Source: Halarcobacter sp. (lineage in GTDB: Bacteria > Campylobacterota > Campylobacteria > Campylobacterales > Arcobacteraceae). Taken from it: a stretch of 64,000 nt of DNA. A program made the position numbers and the translations under genes. Below, in pieces: positions 20,921-30,567 of this stretch. Numbering within the stretch: the stretch's first letter is position 1; the number at the start of each line of letters is the position of its first letter. A model generated the notes under the pieces. That model had not been told where the DNA came from. It did not search any database and worked only from the letters and a program-made list of their open reading frames with translations. The DNA is taken from contig CP182352.1 in the NCBI GenBank assembly GCA_048571215.1, forward strand, positions 2,240,001-2,304,000, in the 5' to 3' direction.

Positions 20921-21167
20921 AATATTTTCCTACAAAAATTAATATTTTTGTATCTTACTAAAAGATAGTAGTGAAATAGTGTCAGTAATAACTTGGTAAA
21001 AATAGTTCTTAATTCTTTTAAATTTGTCCTCTTTTTATTATAGCTTTTTTGCTATTCATTCTCTAAGGTGTTAGTTTAGAACATAAAAAATAAACATTTG
21101 TCTAATTAAACTATTGCGTTTTTAAGTTACAATATTACTATATTTAAATTTTAATAAGGAGGGAATA

Positions 21168-21782
21168 ATGACATTGTATAGTATGTTAGCTTTCGCTGGT
21201 GCGATGTTTTTATTAGCAATCACTCCTGGACCTGGAGTGTTTGCAACAATTTCAAGAGCTTTAGCTTCAGGTTTTAATAATGCTGCTTTTGTAGTATTAG
21301 GTATTGTGTTAGGAGATATCATCTTCTTGCTTTTAGCAATTTTTGGTCTGAGTGCCATAGCTTCTGTTTTAGGTGATTTTTTTATAATAGTAAAATATTT
21401 AGGTGGAGCATATCTTTTATATCTTGGATATAAAATATTAACTTCAAAAGTTGATGAGACAAAAGTTAATGGTGTATATGAACTATCTTGGAAGAAAAAC
21501 TTTTTAGCCGGACTTTTAATAACTCTTGCTAACCCAAAAGTAATACTATTTTATTTGGGATTTTTACCAACATTTGTAAATCTTCAAACTTTAACAGCTA
21601 TTGATATAATAATTATTTCAACTATTGTAACTATTGTACTTGGTGGAGTAATGCTTGGATATGCGTATAGTGCAAGTGGCGCAAAAAAACTATTTAAAAG
21701 TAAAAGTGCAAAAAGAAAAATGAATGTAGTTGCAGGAACTACAATGTTAAGTGCTGGTGGCGTTCTTATTGCAAAAGCTTAG
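21168..21782 (+). CDS. LysE/RhtB-family exporter
   Basis: ITPGPG, LGGAYLLYLG, NPKVILF; AGGAGG RBS. Confidence 0.92.
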   Translation: MTLYSMLAFAGAMFLLAITPGPGVFATISRALASGFNNAAFVVLGIVLGDIIFLLLAIFGLSAIASVLGDFFIIVKYLGGAYLLYLGYKILTSKVDETKVNGVYELSWKKNFLAGLLITLANPKVILFYLGFLPTFVNLQTLTAIDIIIISTIVTIVLGGVMLGYAYSASGAKKLFKSKSAKRKMNVVAGTTMLSAGGVLIAKA

Positions 21783-22378
21783 ATTTAAAAGAAGGAGAGA
21801 CTTCTGCTATCAAAAAAAAGTGTCTTATAGACTTATATTTTTAATCTCTACTCTTTTATTTTTACTTTTTTATTTATACATCTTCATATGCTTTTATTAT
21901 TGATATATTTCTTTGTTGTTTTGGTATTTTCAAAGTATTTATTTAATTCTTTTTGTTTTATATTTAGTATTTTTAGTTCTACTTGCGAAATTGGTGTATT
22001 TAAAAACTCACTTAAAGTTTTTAAATCAAACTCTTGTAATAAAATTGAGTTATTGCAGCATGGGTAATATTTTTGAATTTTCTAAAGTATATTTATGTAA
22101 ATTTTTAAAATCTATTGCATATATAGAACAATTTAAACATAAAAAAAATAACTATCTTACAAGACATCATAAACACCACTTTCTTCTATAATTTTTTATA
22201 ACTATACAAAAAAAATGTCACATTTCATCACACCTGAGATACTTTATTAAATTTATCTGCTTTTGTTATAAATATAAACTTTATAATTATTAATAATATA
22301 TAAATGAGAAGTAAAATTATTTTTATTTTTTATCTCTTAACTTATCATTAAAAAAACTTACAGACAACTCTTTTGCAT

Positions 22379-22558
22379 TTACTTTATAATCTCTTTCTTT
22401 CCTGTAAATACCAATTGTTTTCCACATTTAGGACATTTGTACAAACTTTCTTTTATTGAATAAAAATACATGCATGCCTTATAATGTTTTTCATATGGCA
22501 AATCATATGTACTACAAATGCATTTGTATTTATAAGTTTCATTAACATTAGTACTGAT
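22379..22558 (-). CDS. 59-aa zinc-ribbon microprotein (SprT C-terminal-like) with an ATC start; not in the ORF track
   Basis: (M)STNVNETYKYKCICSTYDLPYEKHYKACMYFYSIKESLYKCPKCGKQLVFTGKKEIIK*; AAGGA lies 6 nt upstream of the ATC. Confidence 0.6.
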   Translation of the reverse strand: MSTNVNETYKYKCICSTYDLPYEKHYKACMYFYSIKESLYKCPKCGKQLVFTGKKEIIK

Positions 22559-22811
22559 TTTATTTCCTTTTTATTTATAAGATTTTATAAATATAGTATT
22601 ATTATACAGAATTAAAATTATTTTTTTCTTTTTTTATATTATTTGTATGTTGACAATATAAAACTCTAATCTGTAATCTATTTACTAAAAAAATAATTAA
22701 GTTACTTTTTAATCAACTCATATATCTTGAATTGAAAATATTAAATATATATTTAAGTTATATCAAAAGCTACTTTGATATATTAATAATAACTAAAGTT
22801 GAGGAGCTATA

Positions 22812-23831
22812 ATGGGTTTAGAGTATAAAAATATAATTGAAAGTAAGTATCTACCTAATCTCTTTTTCTCTAAAGATAAAAAACAAAGACATATTGGAGT
22901 TGAGATTGAATACTCTAATTTAAACCTACAAAAAAGTGCAATGCTTGTAAAAGAGATTTTTGCAGGAGAAATTATAGAAAAAAACAAATATGAATTATGT
23001 TTAAAAGATAGTTCTTATGGGGATTTTAATTTTGAACTTGATGCACAACTTTTACAAAAAATGCAAAGTGATGGTTTATTTGAAAAACTAAATAAGCTTA
23101 TAGGGGATATTTCAGAGGATATTGATAAGCTTGTGGATAAAACATCTAGAAGATTTGTACCCTTTGAAATAGCGGCACCTCCTATTCCCATATGTGATTT
23201 ATATAAATTAGATAAAATGGTAGAATCTTTAAGACTAAATGGAGCCTTAGGTACTACTCACTCATTACACTATGCCTTTGGAGTTCATTTTAATGTAGAA
23301 CCACCAAGTCAAGATATCGAAGATGTATTAAAACTATTTAAATCTTTTTTAATTATACAAAAATGGATTGAGGCACAAAGTGAAGTTGATATAGCAAGAA
23401 AAATCTCACCTTTTATAAATGATTTTCCAAAAGATTATATTAAAAAGGTTATCTCTTTAGATTATAAGCCAACAAAAGAAGAGTTTACAGAAGACTATAT
23501 TAGCTTCAATCCAACTAGAAACCGTATTTTAGATATGCTTCCTCAACTTGCTTTTTGGGATGAAACAAAAGTTAGAAAGCATCTTCCTAAAGAAAAAATT
23601 AACCCAAGACCAACATACCATTATAGATTACCAAATAGTAAAATAGATCAATTTAGATGGAATCTATCCCAAGAGTTTCAGCTATGGGTTATAGTTGAAT
23701 TATTAGCATCAAATCAAGAACTGTTTACTGAGATGAGTAAACTATTTTTAGAGCAATTAAACTCAAGTATTTTTAATAAAAATGAATGGATAGAGATATG
23801 TCACAAAAAAATCCTAAACCTCTTGTCATAG
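22812..23831 (+). CDS. Amidoligase-family (COOH-NH2 ligase) protein
   Basis: HIGVEIEY, FEIAAPP, FGVHFN, NPTRNR, RPTYHYRLPN. Confidence 0.8.
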   Translation: MGLEYKNIIESKYLPNLFFSKDKKQRHIGVEIEYSNLNLQKSAMLVKEIFAGEIIEKNKYELCLKDSSYGDFNFELDAQLLQKMQSDGLFEKLNKLIGDISEDIDKLVDKTSRRFVPFEIAAPPIPICDLYKLDKMVESLRLNGALGTTHSLHYAFGVHFNVEPPSQDIEDVLKLFKSFLIIQKWIEAQSEVDIARKISPFINDFPKDYIKKVISLDYKPTKEEFTEDYISFNPTRNRILDMLPQLAFWDETKVRKHLPKEKINPRPTYHYRLPNSKIDQFRWNLSQEFQLWVIVELLASNQELFTEMSKLFLEQLNSSIFNKNEWIEICHKKILNLLS

Positions 23832-24481
23832 TAACAGGACCAAAAAAAGGTTTTATCTCTAGATATTTTATAAAATTTTGTATTTTTCTATCTGGTGGGA
23901 AAAGTAAAATAATCACTGAAAATAGTAAATTTAAAAATCTTGAAATGGATGCCTTGCTTATAAGTGGGGGAGATGATTTATATAATGCCTTTATAGATAA
24001 AGATACTTGTGAGATTGATGATATTATTACCTATGAGAGAGATGTTTTAGAATACAAACTATTATATAAAGCAATAGAGGAAAATAAACCTGTCTTTGGG
24101 ATTTGTAGAGGTTATCAACTAATAAATGTTTATTTTGGTGGAGATCTATATGAAGATATTAGAAATGATGGATACGATTATAGATATACCCCCTTTGCTT
24201 GGAAAAATATTTTTCTAAAAAAAGGTAGACAACTTAACTTTTTAACAAAACAAAGGGAGATAAAAATCAACACTCTTCACCATCAAGCTGTAAAAACAGT
24301 GCCAAAAAACTTTAAAATTGAAGCTATTGATAAAGATAATATCATTCAATCAATCTCAATGAAAACTAAAAAAAATTTAATCTTCGGTGTTCAATGGCAT
24401 CCCGAATATCTTTTTTTTATGAAAAGTCATCTAAAACTATTTAAAATGTTAGTAAATAGTGCAATAGAGACTAAAGTTTAG
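23786..24481 (+). CDS. Class I glutamine amidotransferase / gamma-glutamyl hydrolase (peptidase C26, PuuD-like)
   Basis: SGGDD, GICRGYQ (Cys nucleophile), NTLHHQAV, GVQWHPE. Confidence 0.9.
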   Translation: MDRDMSQKNPKPLVIVTGPKKGFISRYFIKFCIFLSGGKSKIITENSKFKNLEMDALLISGGDDLYNAFIDKDTCEIDDIITYERDVLEYKLLYKAIEENKPVFGICRGYQLINVYFGGDLYEDIRNDGYDYRYTPFAWKNIFLKKGRQLNFLTKQREIKINTLHHQAVKTVPKNFKIEAIDKDNIIQSISMKTKKNLIFGVQWHPEYLFFMKSHLKLFKMLVNSAIETKV

Positions 24482-26027
24482 CCTCTACTCTTAAAGCTTT
24501 ATATAAACTATAACACATAAAAAGCAATACAATAGTAAAAGGTAATCCTGTAGTAATTGCCCCTGCTTGTAATGCAGACAGAGCTTCTTTACCACCTACA
24601 TAAAGTAATGCACCTGCAATGAGACCCTCCATAGAAGCCCAAAATATTCTTTGTGGAATTGGTGCATCTATTTTTCCTCCTGCAGTAATTGAATCGATTA
24701 CTAATGAACCTGAATCTGAACTAGTAACAAAAAATACTAGAACTAAGATTATCCCTAAAACAGAGATAAAAGAGGACATTGGTAGACTAGCAAACATTTG
24801 AAACATAGCTAAGGAAACATCTGAAATACCATTAGCCAACTCACCCACATGGTTTTGAACTTCTACTAATGCTGTTCCACCAAATGCTGACATCCAAAGC
24901 ATTGTAATAAGAGTTGGTATTATCAAAATCGCAATCATAAACTCTCTTACAGTTCTACCTTTAGAAACACGAGCTATAAACATCCCAACAAATGGTGACC
25001 AAGATATCCACCAAGCCCAATAAAAAACTGTCCAACCATGAAACCAAGCTTCATCTTCCCTACCTACAAAATTACTTAAAGGTATTATATTTCCAATATA
25101 GCTTGTAAATGTATGAAAAAATGTTGCAAATATATCTGTAGATATCCCTGCAATAATTACAAAAAATAATAAGACAACTGCAACTAACATATTTATATTA
25201 CTTAAAAGTTTTACTCCACCATCTATACCTCTAACTACTGAGAATATTGCAATAGCAGTAATAAATATAATAATCCCAATTTGAATATTAATAGTACTTC
25301 CAATACCAAATACATAATCCAATCCACTTGCTGCTTGTTGAGCACCTAATCCCAAAGAGGTAGCCAAACCAAAAATAGTTGCTAAAACTGCTAATAAATC
25401 AATAATATGACCAGGCCATCCCCAGATTTTTTCTTTTAATATAGGATAAAATGCTGATCTAATAGTAAGTGGTAACTTTTTGTTATAAGTAAAAAAAGCT
25501 AATGATAAAGCTACAACACCGTAAATAGCCCAAGGATGTATCCCCCAGTGATACATTGTTGCACCCATAGCTAAAGATGCAGCTTCAGGAGTATTTGGTT
25601 CAACACCTAAAGGAGTTTTATACCAAGCTGTATAATATGCAATTGGTTCTGCAACACTCCAGAACATTAGCCCGATTCCCATCCCTGCTGCAAAAAGCAT
25701 TGAGAACCATGAAACCCTTGAAAAATCTGGTTTTGCATCTTTTCCACCAAGTCTTACTTTTCCAACTGGTAAAAATATTAAAGATAAACAAAAAATAACA
25801 AAAAAGTTACCTGCTAACATAAATAACCAATCAAAATTATTGATTGTCCACCATTTAGCTCCATCTAAAACCTCTTTTGCACCAAAAGGAAACATTATAG
25901 TTCCAATAACAAAAAGTAAAATAAGTAATGCACTTAAAAAAAATACTGGATTATGAATATCCATACCTAATACTTCAATGTTATCTTGCCCTACTTCATA
26001 ATCTGTTTTATATGCTGTTCTACTAAT
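24471..26027 (-). CDS. BCCT-family transporter; start extended to ATT at 26027
   Basis: SWFSMLFAAGMGIG, WTVFYWAWWISWSPFVGMFIARVS; the frame is open 21 codons upstream of the track ATG (ISRTAYKTDYEVGQDNIEVLG); one further ATT then an in-frame TAA precede it, with AAGGA 6 nt before the ATT at 26027. Confidence 0.9.
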   Translation of the reverse strand: MSRTAYKTDYEVGQDNIEVLGMDIHNPVFFLSALLILLFVIGTIMFPFGAKEVLDGAKWWTINNFDWLFMLAGNFFVIFCLSLIFLPVGKVRLGGKDAKPDFSRVSWFSMLFAAGMGIGLMFWSVAEPIAYYTAWYKTPLGVEPNTPEAASLAMGATMYHWGIHPWAIYGVVALSLAFFTYNKKLPLTIRSAFYPILKEKIWGWPGHIIDLLAVLATIFGLATSLGLGAQQAASGLDYVFGIGSTINIQIGIIIFITAIAIFSVVRGIDGGVKLLSNINMLVAVVLLFFVIIAGISTDIFATFFHTFTSYIGNIIPLSNFVGREDEAWFHGWTVFYWAWWISWSPFVGMFIARVSKGRTVREFMIAILIIPTLITMLWMSAFGGTALVEVQNHVGELANGISDVSLAMFQMFASLPMSSFISVLGIILVLVFFVTSSDSGSLVIDSITAGGKIDAPIPQRIFWASMEGLIAGALLYVGGKEALSALQAGAITTGLPFTIVLLFMCYSLYKALRVEAKL

Positions 26028-26295
26028 AATTTATCCTTTATAAAAAATTTATTTAATATTTTATCTTATTCTATGTTTATATTTAATATATAAGGTGTAT
26101 TTTTTTTACATGATATATGTAAAATTTATAACTATAGTGTGTTGTTTTTTATATATTTATGAAAAAATCATCCATTTGACTTAAAAAAAATAATATATTT
26201 ATTATTTATAGAATTATCGTAAAATCAATCATGATATTTATTTTTAATTTAATATTTAAAAAGTATAATTAGCAAAAAAATTCAGGCTTGGTAAG

Positions 26296-28197
26296 ATGTA
26301 TCGTTTAATATTTTCATTTGTTTTATTTTTTAACTTCCTATTTGCTTCAAGCTTGGAATCTCTACTAGAAGAATATGAAGATACCTCTAATAACTCATTA
26401 CAAACTCTAAATGAAAAAATGGGTCATGCAAGAATCTACTCACAAAAAGATTTAAGACTTATGCAATATGATAGATTAAGTGATATATTAAAAGAACTTC
26501 CTATTAATAATCTAAATAAAAGTACTTTTGGAACAAGCACCCTTTCACTTGCAGGAACAAAATCTCAAACTACAGGTTATTTTAGACTTTTTATAAATGA
26601 CCATGAGGTAAGTTCACCCCATACCCAATCTCCTTTTTTGAATTGGTTTGAAATACCAATTGAGTTAATAGATTATGTTGAGATCTATTATGGAGAGGGT
26701 TCTTTTACCTTAGGAAATGAAACAGGGGTTGAGTTTATAAGAGTTTATACAAAAAAAGCCTCAAAACAAAATGGTACTAATATAAAATCAACAATTACAA
26801 ATAAAAGTACAAACTCACAAGAAATTAGCCATTCAGAGCTATTTGAAAATGGTTGGTCATACCTTTTATATTATGCAAATCAAAATACTTTTTTCAATAG
26901 AACTTATAATAATAAAAAGCTTAATTCAAATAGCTCTCAACAATATTTATTTTTAGATGTTTCAGATTCAAAAAATAGTATAAATATCGCTTATACAACC
27001 TTAAATAAAGACAACTACAAAGGTTTGTCTTTTGATGCTAATTCAGATAGTGGTGAGATTGTTGCAGACCATTTTTATATAGATTATAATAGATATTTTT
27101 TAAATGATAAATCTTTAAAACTAAATCTTTCTGTGGATATACAAAATAGAGATTACGAAGAGAGTAATAATGAGGGAATAGCAGCTGGTAACATACTTAA
27201 TAGCTATTTAACAAGAAATATAAAAAACTATAGTGAAGATTTAAAATTTACAAAAATAAATGCCCAACTATCAAAAAACTTTAAAACTAAAAGAAACAAT
27301 CTATTTACTGCTATAAATATAAAAAATAAAAAATATAAAACAAATAGTAGAACTATAAATACAACACAAGTTGGACCCTTTAATAATTTTGATGAAGAAA
27401 CTATTTACTCTATTTTATTGCAAAATGACTATAAAGTTTTAGATAATTTGATTTTTATAGGTAATCTAAAAATTGATAAGTATCAAAGAAGTGGGTATAT
27501 GGAAGATAATACAAAAGTATTATATAGAATTGGTTCTATTTATCTTCCAAATAAAAATCTTGGATTTAAAACTTTTTATACTATAAGCCATATTCCACCC
27601 TCATTTTATAATACAGATTTTGTTTTTTCTTCAAAACCAAAGCTAAAAACACAAGAGTATAGATACTTTACAAGTGAAGGTGCTTATACTTTTGGTGATT
27701 CAAGATTAAGCTTAGAGTATTTTAATGTAAATATTGATGATTATATATATCTTGCATCACCAATAGGGTTTATAAATGTAGATCATACTATAAAAACTGA
27801 TGGTTTTATTTTTGATTATCTTTATAATTTAGATAGAAATAGTAAAATTGAAGTTAACTATTATGCAAGCCAACTAAGTGAAGTAAAAAGTAGCTATACA
27901 CAAGGTGGGTACTTTAAATATATGCAAGATTATGATAGATTTAGTTATTTCACATCATTAATTTATAGACATGGGTTTAAATATCAAGGATTAGATATAA
28001 AAAATAGTTTTAATCTAGCACTTGGTGCCACTTACAATTTTACAAAAAATTTTTCTTTGAGTTTGAAAGGGGAAAATCTTCTTAATAAATCAACTCAATC
28101 TATTTATTCTGATTCCCCTACTGTTGGTAGCTCTACACTATTTTTGCTAAATGATTATGATAGAAATATCTCATTTAGTCTAAAGTGGAGGTTCTAA
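26296..28197 (+). CDS. TonB-dependent receptor-like outer-membrane protein
   Basis: Signal peptide, plug motif IPIELIDYVEIYYG, GENLLNK, C-terminal LKWRF. Confidence 0.85.
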   Translation: MYRLIFSFVLFFNFLFASSLESLLEEYEDTSNNSLQTLNEKMGHARIYSQKDLRLMQYDRLSDILKELPINNLNKSTFGTSTLSLAGTKSQTTGYFRLFINDHEVSSPHTQSPFLNWFEIPIELIDYVEIYYGEGSFTLGNETGVEFIRVYTKKASKQNGTNIKSTITNKSTNSQEISHSELFENGWSYLLYYANQNTFFNRTYNNKKLNSNSSQQYLFLDVSDSKNSINIAYTTLNKDNYKGLSFDANSDSGEIVADHFYIDYNRYFLNDKSLKLNLSVDIQNRDYEESNNEGIAAGNILNSYLTRNIKNYSEDLKFTKINAQLSKNFKTKRNNLFTAINIKNKKYKTNSRTINTTQVGPFNNFDEETIYSILLQNDYKVLDNLIFIGNLKIDKYQRSGYMEDNTKVLYRIGSIYLPNKNLGFKTFYTISHIPPSFYNTDFVFSSKPKLKTQEYRYFTSEGAYTFGDSRLSLEYFNVNIDDYIYLASPIGFINVDHTIKTDGFIFDYLYNLDRNSKIEVNYYASQLSEVKSSYTQGGYFKYMQDYDRFSYFTSLIYRHGFKYQGLDIKNSFNLALGATYNFTKNFSLSLKGENLLNKSTQSIYSDSPTVGSSTLFLLNDYDRNISFSLKWRF

Positions 28198-28655
28198 TGA
28201 AATTTTTATTTTTAACACCACTACTAACTTTTATGCTTTATGCACAAAACTATACCTACTTGATTGATGAGTATGATAAGGTGATAGATTTAGAAGCAAA
28301 GATTATTAGTAAAATCGCCAATGATATTGTAAAAAATGGTGAAATCAATCTATATATTCCAAATATAAAAAATCTTGATAAAAAGATCTATTCTACTAAG
28401 TTTAATCTTGTAGATAGTTGCAAAAAAGCAAATTTTGTATTTATAAAAAATAAAGATGACTTAGATAATTGTAAAAATATGAATAATAAACATTTTTTTA
28501 CAAATAACTATAAAATACTAATAAATGACCATAGATATATAGGAGCATTTTTCTGGAGTAAAAGTAGACCAAATATTGTATTAATCAAAAATAGATTAAA
28601 TAAAAAAAATATACAGTTATCAAAAGAATACGCTCAATTTATAGAAGATTTGTAA
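28197..28655 (+). CDS. Periplasmic protein, YfiR-like by context
   Basis: Signal peptide MKFLFL...LYA after GGAGG; overlaps both neighbours by TAATG; contains a Cys pair. Confidence 0.55.
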   Translation: MKFLFLTPLLTFMLYAQNYTYLIDEYDKVIDLEAKIISKIANDIVKNGEINLYIPNIKNLDKKIYSTKFNLVDSCKKANFVFIKNKDDLDNCKNMNNKHFFTNNYKILINDHRYIGAFFWSKSRPNIVLIKNRLNKKNIQLSKEYAQFIEDL

Positions 28656-30553
28656 TGAAAAACAAATTTATTATAAAAAATCCTCTATACTTAATATTTT
28701 TTTCTATACTTATATCTATATGTTTATCTTTTTTACTTTATGGAACAATAAAACTTGAAAAAAAATTTGAAGATAAGATGTTAGATATTTCAACATCTGA
28801 TGTTATTTCAATCTCAAAAAATAGTTCTCAATCAATCTATAAACTACTTAAAAATAGCAAAAACTATGTAGAAGATATTAAAAAAGATAGTTCTTTACAT
28901 GAAAATATAGAAAAAAATTTAACTCTGCTTCTTACAAAAAATATCAAATATGCTTATTTACTTTACAAAGATAAAAAAGGTGTTTTTAGATTCTTAGCAG
29001 ATGGAGCTAAAGAGGACAAGGCATTTATAAACCAAAAGTTTGATATTGATAGTCCAAAATGGTTAAATATATTTGAAACTAAAAAACCTTTACTTATAAA
29101 ACAACCTTTATTGCATCAGTTATCTATTACATATCTAATTCCAATAATCCATAAAGATAAAGTAACACTTATCCTTGCAATAGATTTTTCTGTTGAAAAA
29201 GTTGAAGATATAAACCAAATTATCTCATCTATAAAATATGCAATTATTACAATCATATTTATTATTGTATTTTTTATAATTGCCCTGATAATCCAAACAA
29301 TAAAATACTTAACAGTCAAAAAAAATGCTTTTACAGACAAACTTACAAATGTTTATAATAGAAACTATCTTCAAGAATCAAAAGATTTTATAAACTTAAG
29401 TGATTATATACTTGTTGCTTTAGATATTGATTTTTTTAAAAAAATCAATGATACTTATGGTCATGATGTTGGAGATAAAGTATTAAGACAAATTGCAAAT
29501 ATATTACAAATAAATATTAGAAACAATGAAGATATTATAGTAAGATATGGTGGGGAAGAGTTTATTATACTACTTAGAAGCAAAAGAAATAGCCAACTTG
29601 ATGCACTTAATATATTAGAAAGAGTTTTTACTTCTATACAAGATGAAAACTTTATAATCTCAAAAAATGAATTTATAAATGTGACTGTATCTATTGGTGT
29701 AAACCTAACTCCTGGCAAGTCAAGAACCTTTCAAGATGCATTCAAATTAGCTGATATAGCACTATATAATGCAAAAAACAAAGGTAGAGATAGAATAGAG
29801 ATTTACTCAAGTGAACAAAATGAAAATCACTTTTTTATGTCAATAAATGATATAAAAAATGCCATTGATGAGAATAGAGTTATCTGCTACTATCAAAAAA
29901 TTTTAGATAATAAAACTAAAAATAGTTCACACTACGAAGCACTTCTTAGAATTGTTTCTAAATCTGGAGAGATAATTACACCAGATAAAATTTTACCTGT
30001 AATAAAAGGAACCTTTATCTCAAGAAATATCACCAAATGTGTTCTAGAAATCTGCTATAATAAATTGATGGAAAATAAAGATATATCTCTTAATGTAAAT
30101 TTAAATCCACAAGATGTTATTAATGATTCAATCTTAAGCATATTAAAAAACTATGCAAATGAGACAAATATTGCACAAAGACTTGGTTTAGAGATTATAG
30201 AAACTGAAGATATTATCAACTATAAAGGTGCGAAGCAAAATCTTCTTATGCTTAAAAATTTAGGCTATAAACTATTTATAGATGACTTTGGAAGTGGTTA
30301 TTCAAACTTTATTTATCTTACCGAAATAAAAACAGATTTTATTAAGATTGATGGAAATATAATAAGAAAAATTTTAGATGATAAAGTTTCATACTTAGTT
30401 GTAAAAAGTATAGTTAATTTTGCAAAAGAAGCTGATATAAAAGTTATAGCAGAATTTGTTAGCAATAAAGAGATATACGAAAAAGTTGAAAAGTTAGATA
30501 TTGAATATTCGCAAGGATACTATTTTCATAAGCCAGAAAAAGATTTAACCTAG
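28655..30553 (+). CDS. Membrane-bound GGDEF-EAL diguanylate cyclase/phosphodiesterase
   Basis: Two TM helices; intact RYGGEEF, EALLR, DDFGSGYS, QGYYF. Confidence 0.93.
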   Translation: MKNKFIIKNPLYLIFFSILISICLSFLLYGTIKLEKKFEDKMLDISTSDVISISKNSSQSIYKLLKNSKNYVEDIKKDSSLHENIEKNLTLLLTKNIKYAYLLYKDKKGVFRFLADGAKEDKAFINQKFDIDSPKWLNIFETKKPLLIKQPLLHQLSITYLIPIIHKDKVTLILAIDFSVEKVEDINQIISSIKYAIITIIFIIVFFIIALIIQTIKYLTVKKNAFTDKLTNVYNRNYLQESKDFINLSDYILVALDIDFFKKINDTYGHDVGDKVLRQIANILQINIRNNEDIIVRYGGEEFIILLRSKRNSQLDALNILERVFTSIQDENFIISKNEFINVTVSIGVNLTPGKSRTFQDAFKLADIALYNAKNKGRDRIEIYSSEQNENHFFMSINDIKNAIDENRVICYYQKILDNKTKNSSHYEALLRIVSKSGEIITPDKILPVIKGTFISRNITKCVLEICYNKLMENKDISLNVNLNPQDVINDSILSILKNYANETNIAQRLGLEIIETEDIINYKGAKQNLLMLKNLGYKLFIDDFGSGYSNFIYLTEIKTDFIKIDGNIIRKILDDKVSYLVVKSIVNFAKEADIKVIAEFVSNKEIYEKVEKLDIEYSQGYYFHKPEKDLT

Positions 30554-30567
30554 ATTTTTAACAAAAA

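Noticed and set aside
21913..22191. 92-aa plus-strand ORF in the track
   Set aside because: TTG start without an RBS and low-complexity composition; the opposite strand shows only broken fragments (e.g. YAIDFKNLHKYTLENSKIL), so this is at most decayed DNA
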